Assembly (NCBI GenBank): GCA_038321985.1 | Contig: JBBQFN010000029.1 | Coordinates: 1-63,017 of the forward strand | Direction of reading: 5' to 3' | Length of the DNA stretch: 63,017 nt | DNA from: Cyanophyceae cyanobacterium | GTDB taxonomy: Bacteria > Cyanobacteriota > Cyanobacteriia > Cyanobacteriales > Laspinemataceae | In this document: piece after piece, positions 20,460-30,783 of the stretch | Layout of the letters: every line of letters begins with the position of its first letter | Position numbering within the stretch: the stretch's first letter is position 1 | Position numbers and translations under genes: made by a program | The notes under the pieces: generated by a model | The model's input: the letters and a program-made list of their open reading frames with translations, nothing else | The model's database searches: none | Told to the model about the DNA's origin: nothing

Positions 20460-20993
20460 TCTTCATAACGTTAGCGTAGATTGGGAATTCCATCATCCCT
20501 GAATCTACTCCCCTTCGGATGGGTTCGAGATGCTGACCTAACCGAGTAGGCATCGGTTCGGGCCCTTCTTTAGGGTTCCCCAGACCTTCTAGCGATCGCC
20601 TCTAAAATCCAGTGATTCTCTATGGGGATCGCGATTCTCAAGGTTGGGTAGCATTCTCGCCTGGATTAGCAATACAACGGGGCACTGCGCCTATCCAGAT
20701 GTTTTACCAGAACTCCCCACACCCCAGAAGGAAGGAACCTGTTTCACCTCTACAATTTAAACAGTTTCCCCGTTGGTTGTGCCTGGGGAAGGATAACGGG
20801 ACCTTGCTAGGAGGGCGTTCCCACTTCACAGTGACCCCCATCACACCCCAGAGACGATCTGGTTCCCTGTTTCTATCCGCTTTAAATCACCCCTATCCTT
20901 TGACGATTATCACGACCCACCTACCCTTGCGATCGCTGTCAAAGCCTGAATTTCAGGAGATATTAAAAGGGTAGAGTTCAACCACACCTCGCT

Positions 20994-21194
20994 ATGCAAA
21001 TACCCACCCTTTACTGCCACTCCGTCATCGCTGAAGTCTTCGGGCAAGCCTGGAATGCAGGTTCTCTAACCCTCAACGAACGGGAAGGTTTAATGGCTGC
21101 CCTTTTAGAAAATACCCTAAATTCTGACGACTATGCCGCGATCGACCGTCTCCTCCACGCAGTACGCCGGGGATGGATTAAAGTATTAGATTAA
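20994..21194 (+). CDS. Small conserved cyanobacterial protein (66 aa)
   Basis: R.GLMAALL...AIDRLLHAVRRGWIK pattern recognised from common cyanobacterial hypothetical proteins. Confidence 0.75.
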   Translation: MQIPTLYCHSVIAEVFGQAWNAGSLTLNEREGLMAALLENTLNSDDYAAIDRLLHAVRRGWIKVLD

Positions 21195-21419
21195 TCTTCC
21201 CTAGCCGTTTTTTTTCTAATTTTATTCCGACCCTATTAAATTTAAACCGAGGAGCATCTGTATCTCTAGATTCAAAAATTAAATTCACTTATCAATTCAA
21301 CTTTAAATCCCTTTTTAAATTAAAAATTTAGTGAGATATTTGGGTTTCGACTACACGAGTTTCGTGTAGTTTTTTTTAGAGGTCAGGGGTTAGAAGGAGA
21401 GTTTTAAATAACCTAGACC

Positions 21420-21890
21420 TTAACTTAATCGAGCTGTGCATTCCAGAATTAAGCGTTGATTAATCAGAGCAAAAGGCTGAATCGCGAGGGCTTGTTGGAA
21501 TGCCTGAATCGCTTCTCGGTACTTTCCTAGAGTGGCGTAACACAATCCCAACCCGTGCAGTGCTCCGAAATGAACCGGATTGAGTTCGATCGCCACCCCG
21601 CAGTCCTCTATGGCTTTGTAATAGTCCCCCATACTGTAATACAGTACCGCCCGCCGATTCCAGGCTTCGGCAAAATCCGGCTGATCTTCAATCAGTTCCG
21701 TTAAGACTGCCTCTGCCTCCTTGAGCTCCCCGCGATCAAGCAAAATTTGAGCGCGTTGAAGAAAGTCCAATCCATAGACGCCTTTTTGGTGGAACCAGAT
21801 TCGCCAAAGTTCTTGGGTGGCGCGATCGCGCACTCTCTCCGTTGGGTTTTTCAGGTCTTCCAGTAACGGTTCTATCGAGGATCTATCCAT
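21420..21890 (-). CDS. TPR protein
   Basis: PDFAEAWNRRA and NPVHFGALHGLG TPRs. The start at MDRSS (21890) is preferred over the ORF-track start at 22103. Confidence 0.85.
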   Translation of the reverse strand: MDRSSIEPLLEDLKNPTERVRDRATQELWRIWFHQKGVYGLDFLQRAQILLDRGELKEAEAVLTELIEDQPDFAEAWNRRAVLYYSMGDYYKAIEDCGVAIELNPVHFGALHGLGLCYATLGKYREAIQAFQQALAIQPFALINQRLILECTARLS

Positions 21891-22202
21891 AAAGCTGCGC
21901 TCAAAGCACTGAAGGTGGACGAGCAGAGGCTCCTTTCTATTATGCCGCTTCGGGTTACTCTCCTGATGCCAGAAATCTATACCGGCGATCGCGCTTCCCT
22001 CTCTCCTGACATTCCCTTTCAATTCACCCCCTTTGATCCCGGGTCCATAACTGATCCGAATTTGAGGAAATTTCGCTCTTTTTAACCCAAGGAATTCAGC
22101 CAAAAACCAGGTTATTTTTCCCTAAAATTAACTTCGGAATTGGGGTAACTAATTAATAGAAATAATTTAAAAATAGGCAGGTTTATAAACTTCCGTTCCC
22201 AG

Positions 22203-23573
22203 CTAAACCCTGACTTCCCGCCAGTTGCCCCGCCAAAAAACCACTGCCAGTACGATCGCCCGCAATATCCAATCACAAGTGGAACCGATCCACACTCCCA
22301 CCAATCCCCAATTCAACACAAAGGCAAAAAAGTAAGTTGCCAGCAATCGCACCCCAAACCAGCCGATCGCCGAGACATAAAATGCAGTTTTGGTATCTCC
22401 AGCGCCCCGGAGTGCTTGCTCGATCGCCATACTCATTGCCATAAAAGGTTGTGCTACTGCCGCGACATACAAACAAGGCACCGCAGCGGCAATAATCTCC
22501 CTATCTTTGGAAAAAATCCCCAACAATACCTCGGGAATCCCTAAAAACAAGAGACTACCCATACTCAAACATAAAATGGCTAATCCGGTGGCAATCATGC
22601 CACTGGTAGTCGCTTCGTTTGCTCGATTTGCCCCCAATTTTTGGGCAACGATCGTCGCTGTAGCAATGCCAAAGCCTTCAGCGATGTAATAGCAGATTTC
22701 CTCGATTCCCAAGGTAATTTCGTAAGCTGCCATTGCCTGAGTCCCCAAGGTGGCGATCGCCGCACTAAACCCCAGATATCCTAAGCTGCGAAATAGGCGT
22801 TCGTTGAAGGTAGGGACAGAAACGCGCAATACTCGCCGCAAGGCTGGAAGTTCCCCCCCGCGATCGCGCAAGGTTAACTGCTGCGTCCCCCGGTAAAGAA
22901 TCACCATCAGAATCAGAGTATTAATTGCCATAGCTGTCATACTGGCGATCGCAGCACCGGCTACCCCCAAGCTGGGTGCGCCCCAATTACCAAAAATCAA
23001 GCAATAGTTGAGGAGAATATTGACGCCGTTGGCAACCACTCCCACCAGAAAAGGGAGTTGGGTATTGCCGGATGCTTGCAATGCTGCTGCCGCCACAATT
23101 GAGACGAGTTGCAGGGGCATTCCCAGGAAGATTATCTGGAGATAATCTTGGGCAGCTTGTTGAACTTCCGGAGTTCCGAAGGGAAAATGCGCCAGGAGGG
23201 TATCCAAACCCAGGGCGCTAGTCACGGCGATCGCCAATCCCGTCCCTAACGCGAGAACGAGACTAGCGCGAAGGGTGGCGGTACTCAGGGCTTGATCAGA
23301 GGCACCCACGGCGCGTCCCACGAGGGCGATCGTCCCCACGGAAAAGGCGGAAAGGGTGCTATAGAGACACCAATGCAGAGGCCCACTAATTCGCATGGAG
23401 GCTAGGGCGGTGCTGTCGTAGTGACCCAACATGGCGCGATCAACGAGAAAAACCAACGCTTGTAACAGCAATTGGGCGATCACCGGAGTCGCTAATTTCA
23501 TCACAGAACGTCCGATGGCGATCGACCCGGGTCGGGTTTTACCATTAGCTAAACTTGGTTTTGAAAATTTCAT
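22203..23573 (-). CDS. MATE family efflux transporter
   Basis: VDRAMLGH, LGVAGAAIA and ALRGAGDTK motifs; about 12 TM segments. Confidence 0.92.
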   Translation of the reverse strand: MKFSKPSLANGKTRPGSIAIGRSVMKLATPVIAQLLLQALVFLVDRAMLGHYDSTALASMRISGPLHWCLYSTLSAFSVGTIALVGRAVGASDQALSTATLRASLVLALGTGLAIAVTSALGLDTLLAHFPFGTPEVQQAAQDYLQIIFLGMPLQLVSIVAAAALQASGNTQLPFLVGVVANGVNILLNYCLIFGNWGAPSLGVAGAAIASMTAMAINTLILMVILYRGTQQLTLRDRGGELPALRRVLRVSVPTFNERLFRSLGYLGFSAAIATLGTQAMAAYEITLGIEEICYYIAEGFGIATATIVAQKLGANRANEATTSGMIATGLAILCLSMGSLLFLGIPEVLLGIFSKDREIIAAAVPCLYVAAVAQPFMAMSMAIEQALRGAGDTKTAFYVSAIGWFGVRLLATYFFAFVLNWGLVGVWIGSTCDWILRAIVLAVVFWRGNWREVRV

Positions 23574-23862
23574 GGGTTGAGGTTAGGAGGAGCAACAACA
23601 GGTGCAAAATGTTGTTACTACGAACAGGGAATAACGGTAGAGAAGGGAAATTTCCCTAACTTTTACTTCTGTACGAACTGCAGGAAATAATCAAGAGGGA
23701 AAAATAACTGAACGACAGCAAGTGGTTACTAAGAACTGGGGGAAATAACCGCTTTTAAGTTTGCTGGGGTGGGAGGCGGTTTGAAAAAAAATTAAAAATT
23801 ACCCGGCTTCTGATATGAAACCGGGTTCAGTTTGGGTGAATTTTTCAACAGGCGATCGCAGT

Positions 23863-24096
23863 TTAGGGAATGAGCCATCCGGCACTTAAAATCACCGTTA
23901 AGCCCATAAAAATAATAGTCAAGGCCCAGGTTATGCGATTGAGAGTGGTTTCTGCACTTTTAGCACTCGTAAAGAGTTGAGCTTGTCCTCCAATTCCGCC
24001 AATTCCATCTCCTTTCGGGCTGTGGAGTAAGACTAAAATAATTAAACCGATCGCAGAAAATAACCAAATGAATTGGACGAGAGACAGGATATTCAT
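23863..24096 (-). CDS. secG: Preprotein translocase subunit SecG
   Basis: VLLHSPKGDGIGGIGGQAQLFTSAKSAETTLNR; follows gpmI. Confidence 0.95.
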   Translation of the reverse strand: MNILSLVQFIWLFSAIGLIILVLLHSPKGDGIGGIGGQAQLFTSAKSAETTLNRITWALTIIFMGLTVILSAGWLIP

Positions 24097-24226
24097 GTAG
24101 ACCTATACCGGGGTAAAGAGTTGAAATTGAGTGCTTTTTTATCCACTCTGAGTTGTCCAAGGTCGTTTGTCAATTTCACGGAAAAAAATGATTTTGAACA
24201 AACCACCGAGTCACACTCTCAGTCTT

Positions 24227-25825
24227 TTAAACGGGAATTCGCAGGGGTTCGAGAGAGGGCTGAAGGTTTAAGATAGGAGACTCAATGGCAGAACGTCCCG
24301 TCATTTCCTGGGGCTGAGGGAGTTGTAAAATTTGCAGCAGAGTCGGAGCAATATCGGCTAAACAGGCATCAGTCCGGAGTTTGACCTCGGCACCATGTCC
24401 CGGAATTTTCCGCCCTTCTCCTTCTACCACAATCAAGGGGACTGGATTAGTGGTGTGAGCCGTCCAGGGGTTGCCTTCTTCATCCATCATGTATTCGGCA
24501 TTGCCGTGATCGGCAATGATTAAGGTGGTGCCTCCAGCTTGGCCGATCGCATCGAGTAGACGACCCACACATCGGTCTACGGTTTGGACTGCCGTAATTG
24601 TCGCCTCGATATTTCCGGTATGACCGACCATATCCGGGTTAGCGTAATTAACTACCATTAAGGAATAAATCCCTCTTTTGACGGCGGCAACCATCACATC
24701 GGTGACAGCCTCAGCGGACATTTCTGGGGCTTGGTCGTAGGTGGGTACCATGGGCGACTGCACCAATTCCCGGTCCTCTCCCTCGAAGGGGTCCTCTAAA
24801 CCGCCGTTAAAGAAATAGGTAACGTGAGCATATTTTTCCGTTTCTGCGGCTCTAAACTGCCGCAAACCGTGATTGGCGATGACTTCTCCGAAAATATTGC
24901 TGAGGTTTTGGGGTTCAAAAGCCACTAACACGGGCAATTCTGAATCGTACTGGGTAAAGGTGGCAAAGGAGAGGGTTTCAACTTTCTCCCGTTCAAATTC
25001 CTGAAAATGGGGACTGACAAAGGCGCTAGTTAACTGTCTGGAGCGATCGGGACGGAAGTTAAAGAAAATAACACCATCTCCAGACTCTACCGCTCCCGGT
25101 GCGATCCGAACGGGAAGCACAAATTCATCACTCAGGTCCTGGAGGTAAGACGCGTGTAAGTGTTCAATAACCGAACGACCGTCACCGGGTCCATCGGTGG
25201 TCATGACTTTATAGGCCATTTCTACACGATTCCAGCGGTTATCTCGATCCATCGCATAATATCGACCGCTGAGGGTAACGATGCGACCCACGCCGATTTC
25301 CTGGGCGGCTGCTTCTATTTTTGCCAATGCTTCTGCCCCCTCTCTAGGAGAGGTATCCCGTCCATCGGTGATGGCGTGAATACAAACGTCGGTAAGACCT
25401 TGGGCTTTGGCAAGGCTGAGTAGTCCAATTAAATGCTTTTGATGGGAGTGGACCCCTCCCTCGGAGCAAAGCCCCATGAGGTGGAGTTTTCCTTTTCTAT
25501 TTTTAACCGCTTGGCAAACTTTCACCAGTGCGGGGTTGCTCAAGATGGAGCCATCTTCTACCGCATCGGTGATCCGCAGCAGTTCTTGCTTGACAATTCG
25601 ACCGGCCCCGATATTCATGTGGCCGACTTCAGAATTTCCCATTTGACCTTCCGGCAGTCCCACTGCTTTACCGGATGTATGAATTGTCGTATTCGGATAG
25701 GCGGCCCGGAGGCTGTCCATCACGGGTGTTTTTGCAGCAGCAATAGCATTTCCTCGGGTTGATTCGCTGACTCCCCAACCATCTAAGATTACTAGCACCA
25801 CTGGAGAAACAGGCGCTTGTGCCAT
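24227..25825 (-). CDS. gpmI: 2,3-bisphosphoglycerate-independent phosphoglycerate mutase
   Basis: VILDGWG, QMGNSEVGH, GRYYAMDRD and ANPDMVGHTG; start MAQAPVSP at 25825. Confidence 0.96.
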   Translation of the reverse strand: MAQAPVSPVVLVILDGWGVSESTRGNAIAAAKTPVMDSLRAAYPNTTIHTSGKAVGLPEGQMGNSEVGHMNIGAGRIVKQELLRITDAVEDGSILSNPALVKVCQAVKNRKGKLHLMGLCSEGGVHSHQKHLIGLLSLAKAQGLTDVCIHAITDGRDTSPREGAEALAKIEAAAQEIGVGRIVTLSGRYYAMDRDNRWNRVEMAYKVMTTDGPGDGRSVIEHLHASYLQDLSDEFVLPVRIAPGAVESGDGVIFFNFRPDRSRQLTSAFVSPHFQEFEREKVETLSFATFTQYDSELPVLVAFEPQNLSNIFGEVIANHGLRQFRAAETEKYAHVTYFFNGGLEDPFEGEDRELVQSPMVPTYDQAPEMSAEAVTDVMVAAVKRGIYSLMVVNYANPDMVGHTGNIEATITAVQTVDRCVGRLLDAIGQAGGTTLIIADHGNAEYMMDEEGNPWTAHTTNPVPLIVVEGEGRKIPGHGAEVKLRTDACLADIAPTLLQILQLPQPQEMTGRSAIESPILNLQPSLEPLRIPV

Positions 25826-26455
25826 ATTCATTGACCCTTTCACTCGTGACTTCGTTTTAATGATATTGACATCCCACCTTCCCACTGCCACGCAGTAGGT
25901 GGGGGAAATTTCTCGGATTCCTCATCAAGGTTTCCTGCGTAATAGTCCGTTGACTCGATTCCGTTACCGGCATCCTTGTCACTTCGACTCTACAGGTATT
26001 TTCTGTTCCCCTGTGACCTAGGGTACTAAAAATTCCGCGATCGCAGCTCAGCAGTTGATCTGAACTCTGGCAATGTCTCTGGATTTGGGCCAGCCACATT
26101 CAGAAGACTGCTCTATTCTAACGCTAATCTGTAGGGCAACTTTTGACAGGGCGATCGGGCCATTTCTGTAGGAGTCTGGGGAAATTGTATCCCCAATCTG
26201 AGCAAAATTTTGTTGAGGAATGTTCTTAACAATCGGTTACAATTGATCCGAACGCTCTGGCTGCAACACTTAAGGGTGCTAAGGGCAGAGCCTGGAGAAT
26301 TGAGGGGACTGTCCCGGGAGGCGATCAGACCTAGGGTGGAGCCATCTTACCGCGTTTAGTGGATGAATCACCCAAAAATTTCAATCCCTGATGGGATCGG
26401 CACTCCTCAATTCAAGATACGATAGGCGTTAATTTTGATAGCAAGATTGGTTTGT

Positions 26456-26860
26456 ATGATACCTCTAAAACAATATTGGTCCCGCTTGTTGGCCTTGGTT
26501 TTGGTCATGGCGATCGCCCTGGTAGGCTGTTCCGGTAATGGACTGCTCACCGGCGATTATCGCCAAGACACCTTAGGATTGGTTAATAGTATGAGAACGG
26601 CGATCGAATTACCAGAAGATTCCCCGGAGAAATCCTCAGCCCAGGCCGATGCTCGTCTAAGAATCAACGAGTTTTTTGCCCGCTATCGTCGGGATGAGTC
26701 CGTGGCGAAGCTGTCCTCATTCACTACCATGCAAACGGCATTAAACGGATTAGCTGGACATTATAATTCCTATCCCAACCGTCCGGTCCCTAAAAAGTTG
26801 AAAGACCGTCTTGAACAGGAGTTAAATCAGGTAGAATCGGCTCTAAGTCGAGGAACTTAA
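26456..26860 (+). CDS. psb27: Photosystem II assembly lipoprotein Psb27
   Basis: LVGC lipobox, LTGDYRQDT and SFTTMQTALNGLAGHY..YPNRP. Confidence 0.95.
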   Translation: MIPLKQYWSRLLALVLVMAIALVGCSGNGLLTGDYRQDTLGLVNSMRTAIELPEDSPEKSSAQADARLRINEFFARYRRDESVAKLSSFTTMQTALNGLAGHYNSYPNRPVPKKLKDRLEQELNQVESALSRGT

Positions 26861-27137
26861 CCCAGCAATTTCACATCCGGGATAGGGCTTGCTCAGTTTA
26901 GAACGAACTCCTCTTGTGCGGGCTTTTTTTGGGCGATCGCAACCGAGCCCTCGCCCAAAAACAATTAACTCAATCCATTCAACCCGGATTATCCCTGTAA
27001 AGGTCTGACCTGGAAAGCCTTGGGGTTATCGCTGATTGCCAAACCTGATCAAACTTAAGCTGGCAATCATGCTGAAAAACTAAGATAGAACTGAACAGTG
27101 CTGAGAAACTTTTGCGTGAATTCTCTACTGGTACCTG

Positions 27138-28694
27138 ATGTCTAATCGTCTCAAAAAAATTTTTAAACCTACAACAGCGATGACGCTTGACTGGCAGCAT
27201 TTTTATCGCGGTTTACTAGCAACGGTTCTAACCGCGCTTGTGAGTCCCTCTTTTTGGATCCAACCTGCCCACTCCCAGGTTAGAGGTTCCTGTCTGGCTT
27301 CTCCAGCAGATATCGCCGAAAAAGAAACCCTACGCCAAGCTACCCTTGCCGGTGATGAGGCCGCTCGCGATCGCTATCAAGCCTTTCTGGTCAAAGAAGG
27401 CGAACGCCTACAACAATGCCGCAATCAAACTTGGCCCCAAAATCAAGCCCTCTGGTTGCGTCTGTATCCCTGCGACATCCAGCCAGGAGCCTTAGACGCC
27501 CTGCTCGATAAAATTGTCAATAAAGGATACAACCAAGTCTATATCGAAGCCTTTTATGACGGTCAAGTGCTGCTACCTGCGGCGCAGAACGATACCCCTT
27601 GGCCTTCCGTCGTCCGGATCCCTGGCTATGAAAATACCGACCTATTAGCCGAAAGCATCCAAAAAGGCCAAGAACGCGGCCTCAAGGTCTATGCCTGGTT
27701 GTTCACCATGAACTTTGGCTATACCTACGCCCAACTGCCGGACCGCCAGGGCGCACTTGCTCGTAATGGTCAAGGGCAAAATACTCTCAACTCGATGCCC
27801 GATCTTAGCTTGCACGAACAGGTCGGTGAAAGTCAGGCCACTCATGGTTTTATCGACCCCTACAGTCCGCAAGCTCGTCGAGACTACTCGTGGTTGCTGT
27901 CGGAGATCCTCAAGCGTAAACCTGACGGGATGTTATTCGATTACGTCCGCTATCTGCGCGGTGTCGGCCCTGCTTCAGTCGTTACAAAGCCCTCCGACCT
28001 CTGGATCTACAGCGATGCCTCCCAACAAACTCTCTTACAACGGGGTCTCAACCGGAAAGGACAGGAATTAATCCGACGCTACGTTACCCAGGGATACATT
28101 AGCGCTAATGATATTGCTGCCGTGGATGGACTCTATCCTGATGAGGGGGAACCGATGTGGCAAGGCCGGACTGTCCCCCCTGGCGCTAAAACAACGGGAA
28201 CCCCCGGGGAACGCCTGCCTCTGTTACAATGGCAACTCTGGTATCTGAGTGTGGCTCACGCCGTTCAAGGAATTGTTGATTTTGTGAATCTAGCGGTCCA
28301 GCAAGTTAAGCCCCAAGGAATACCTTCTGGTGCTGTCTTTTTCCCCGGTGGTAACCGTCCTGTCGGTCAAGGGGGATTTGATTCCAGACTACAGGCGTGG
28401 GATCGATTTTCGCCGGAGATGGAATGGCATCCCATGGCCTACGCCAATTGCCAAAAAGCCGATTGTATTATGGAAGAAATTGAGCGAGTTTTAAGCATGG
28501 CTCCTGAAGGCACTCAGGTTATCCCAGCTTTAGCCGGAAATTGGGGGGTTCCCGTCACCAATCGACCCCCTTTAGAAGACCAAATGGCTGCTTTGCGGCG
28601 CTATTCTTCCCGGATTAATTCCGTGAGTCACTTTGCCTATTCCTGGCAAGAACCCGAGTCGGATCGCGATCGCAAGTTCTGTAGTCTCAACTAA
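27138..28694 (+). CDS. GHL10/DUF187-like glycoside hydrolase family protein
   Basis: Signal peptide; YNQVYIEAFYDG, GLKVYAWLF and PDGMLFDYVRY motifs. Confidence 0.8.
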   Translation: MSNRLKKIFKPTTAMTLDWQHFYRGLLATVLTALVSPSFWIQPAHSQVRGSCLASPADIAEKETLRQATLAGDEAARDRYQAFLVKEGERLQQCRNQTWPQNQALWLRLYPCDIQPGALDALLDKIVNKGYNQVYIEAFYDGQVLLPAAQNDTPWPSVVRIPGYENTDLLAESIQKGQERGLKVYAWLFTMNFGYTYAQLPDRQGALARNGQGQNTLNSMPDLSLHEQVGESQATHGFIDPYSPQARRDYSWLLSEILKRKPDGMLFDYVRYLRGVGPASVVTKPSDLWIYSDASQQTLLQRGLNRKGQELIRRYVTQGYISANDIAAVDGLYPDEGEPMWQGRTVPPGAKTTGTPGERLPLLQWQLWYLSVAHAVQGIVDFVNLAVQQVKPQGIPSGAVFFPGGNRPVGQGGFDSRLQAWDRFSPEMEWHPMAYANCQKADCIMEEIERVLSMAPEGTQVIPALAGNWGVPVTNRPPLEDQMAALRRYSSRINSVSHFAYSWQEPESDRDRKFCSLN

Positions 28695-28719
28695 TGTTAT
28701 CCGTAATTCTAACCCCACT

Positions 28720-28746
28720 CCCCTTTTTCAAAGGGGGCTAGGGGGG
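28720..28746. repeat. Cyanobacterial small dispersed repeat (CCCCCCTAGCCCCCTT..AAAAAGGGG type)
   Basis: CCCCTTTTTCAAAGGGGGCTAGGGGGG. Confidence 0.55.
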
Positions 28747-29065
28747 AGCAAATAGACGGATCTCATGAATGTGAAAATTGCTATAGTGGGTCTTTAAGTT
28801 CACAATATACATAAAGATAAGAGGGCATGATGCGGATGCTCTTTAGGGGTTGGTACTTCAACATCGTATCAGCCCCCCCTTTTATCTATTGTCCAACTGA
28901 TTTAAACTCTCTAATTGTGTTTAATCAGGGTCCCAGGATTTTGAAAATATAAGTTAATAACTTGACCTGAGTTTTCTATATTGCCCCCTCATAAAGTTAT
29001 ACCAATACCTATATAAAAACCCTGTTTTAATTTTTATGTAATAACTTGTTATCGGTAATTTCTAG

Positions 29066-29716
29066 CTATAGTAAAAGAGTTACCATTGTACTTAAAGAAA
29101 TTCCTTTAGATTCTTCGGTAAATTCCTCAAATTTCCAACCCAGTTTTCCTTGATAGTCATTCAAAATTGTTAAATAACCTAACCCAGAGTTAATGCTGTT
29201 AACCATCTGTGCATTCTTTTCCACTTCAGCCAGATACAACTCTTCGGGTTCAGAGGTGCTTAACTGGTGAATAAAGGCCCGCAAATCAATCTCCTGTTGT
29301 GGGTTTATACCATTGGTGGTTATCAATATAATTGAATCTTCATATAAATGAATTTGAAGCGTAGTGGGATGCGGTGATGTAGAATCACTAAACTTCATCG
29401 CATTTTCTAACAACTCGTTGGCGATGTAGTTAACACTATGAGCGCTTTCCGCTTTGTGATGATTTGGATTCTGCTTATCCTCACTATCCCCAAAAAATGT
29501 GGACAAGTAGTTGGCTACAAAATCCGCTGACAAGCCATTATTTCGCCATCGCTTTTTAATGGAAGCTGAACTCGGTGAGAATCCTAGAATTAAATACTCT
29601 GTGCCAACGGGCGGATGTTCAATGAAATCTCCGAATATCTCAATCATATTACTGGGGGCTGGGATCACTGAATTCATTGATCGGGGGAAACTAGACAAAA
29701 AATTACCCATTGCCAA
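29066..29716 (-). CDS. Slr1658-like (SiaB/DUF6272-type HATPase-like) regulator; true start may be MIEIFGDF
   Basis: FSPSS...KKRWRNNGLSADF, YIANELLENAMKF and SGLGYLT motifs. Confidence 0.8.
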   Translation of the reverse strand: MAMGNFLSSFPRSMNSVIPAPSNMIEIFGDFIEHPPVGTEYLILGFSPSSASIKKRWRNNGLSADFVANYLSTFFGDSEDKQNPNHHKAESAHSVNYIANELLENAMKFSDSTSPHPTTLQIHLYEDSIILITTNGINPQQEIDLRAFIHQLSTSEPEELYLAEVEKNAQMVNSINSGLGYLTILNDYQGKLGWKFEEFTEESKGISLSTMVTLLL

Positions 29717-30269
29717 TCCATCATTTCCGATTCTAAATTAAAAACACTAGAGTTTTAATCCTTAATCTCGGGTCCTCAAGTTGAACGGGTGATTTCAAGT
29801 TTGAACAGACAACTCAGACTAAACCCGGGTTTAGTCGGGGGCGTAAGTCAGATTCCCTTTTAGATTTTAAAATAAATCGATTGACTCCTTTCTACGATTT
29901 ACGCCCCGATTCACTCTCAATCCTTTCACTTTCAATATTTTTCCGGGTTATCAACTCAATCTTGATTCAGGCTATCTCCTAAAAGTTCCCGAATGGGCAA
30001 AATTAACCCCTCTCATGTTATGGCAGTTTTGCGAAGACCTAGGCTTTTGAACCTAAAAGCTATTATACAGACTAATTTCTAGTTAATTTTATAAAGGTGA
30101 GGGCTGTTCTCCTGAGTGGACAGGCGGTGAACTTTATGGGGCTTTTTTTGAAGGGTCACAAAGCTCGGGGGAAATCTTATAATTTGGGATGGGCAATTCT
30201 GAGATGCCGGAGCTAAACCTGAAACAAACGGTTGATGAAATGGCCGATCGCCGGTTTAACCCCTACCTT

Positions 30270-30370
30270 AAAACCAACAATCCCGCCAGAACAAGTCGGG
30301 CGGGATTGTCTTTTATATCTATATGCTAAAAAGACCGACGGGCCTATCTAATTCTATTAAGGTTGTTACA
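30270..30370 (-). ncRNA. Candidate NtcA-activated small RNA
   Basis: Lies between a canonical NtcA promoter geometry and a terminator hairpin; no credible ORF. Confidence 0.4.
30277..30309. terminator. Bidirectional terminator-like hairpin
   Basis: ACAATCCCGCC/GGCGGGATTGT 11-bp stem with T-rich runs downstream on both strands. Confidence 0.65.
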
Positions 30371-30376
30371 AAATTA

Positions 30377-30419
30377 AATATAATTACCCAGGTTGAGAAG
30401 TGCTGTAGCTTAAAATACA
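30377..30419 (-). promoter_or_regulatory. NtcA box with class II activated-promoter geometry
   Basis: TGTA-GCTTAAAA-TACA at 30404-30419. On the minus strand it reads GTA-N8-TAC-N22-TATATT (30382..30377). Confidence 0.6.
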
Positions 30420-30567
30420 CAATCAAATTTTTTGCGAGGAAAGCTGGATGTGGATCCAGCGGAAGTAAATTCTCAGGGGTTGTTGAAATAGAGGCGATCG
30501 CTTTAGCGGAAATAGGAGCACAGCAGCCGAAAGATTAGACAGTCATCTGCTGTGGAGCGAAACGTTT

Positions 30568-30783
30568 ATGAACCGGCTGTTTTGGATTAGCATCATGGGT
30601 TTATCTCTAAGTCTGTGTGCGGCTGTGCAAATTAAATCGGAACCTGTGGTTTTATGTGATTATGAGGTGCCTCCAGTCTGTACTGACCCCAATGGATGCC
30701 ACCCCCAACTTGTCTGCTCGCCGTTGTCATCTGCGATCACATCCTTGGGAAAAAATTTTCTAGTAGGCAAAGCAAGAGGTTAA
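30568..30783 (+). CDS. Small exported Cys-rich peptide (71 aa)
   Basis: GGAG RBS, ATG, hydrophobic N-terminus, then C-x7-C-x5-C-x5-C. Confidence 0.5.
   Translation: MNRLFWISIMGLSLSLCAAVQIKSEPVVLCDYEVPPVCTDPNGCHPQLVCSPLSSAITSLGKNFLVGKARG

Noticed and set aside
20612..20974. 120-aa ORF and similar intergenic ORFs (15909-16196, 30323-30538, 46237-46497, 53868-54149, 57149-57400)
   Set aside because: No recognisable motifs, mostly weak starts and random-looking composition.
30436..30492. Hairpin followed by CGGAAGTA, resembling a second glutamine riboswitch
   Set aside because: No CGTTC/GAACG P1 and no convincing P3.
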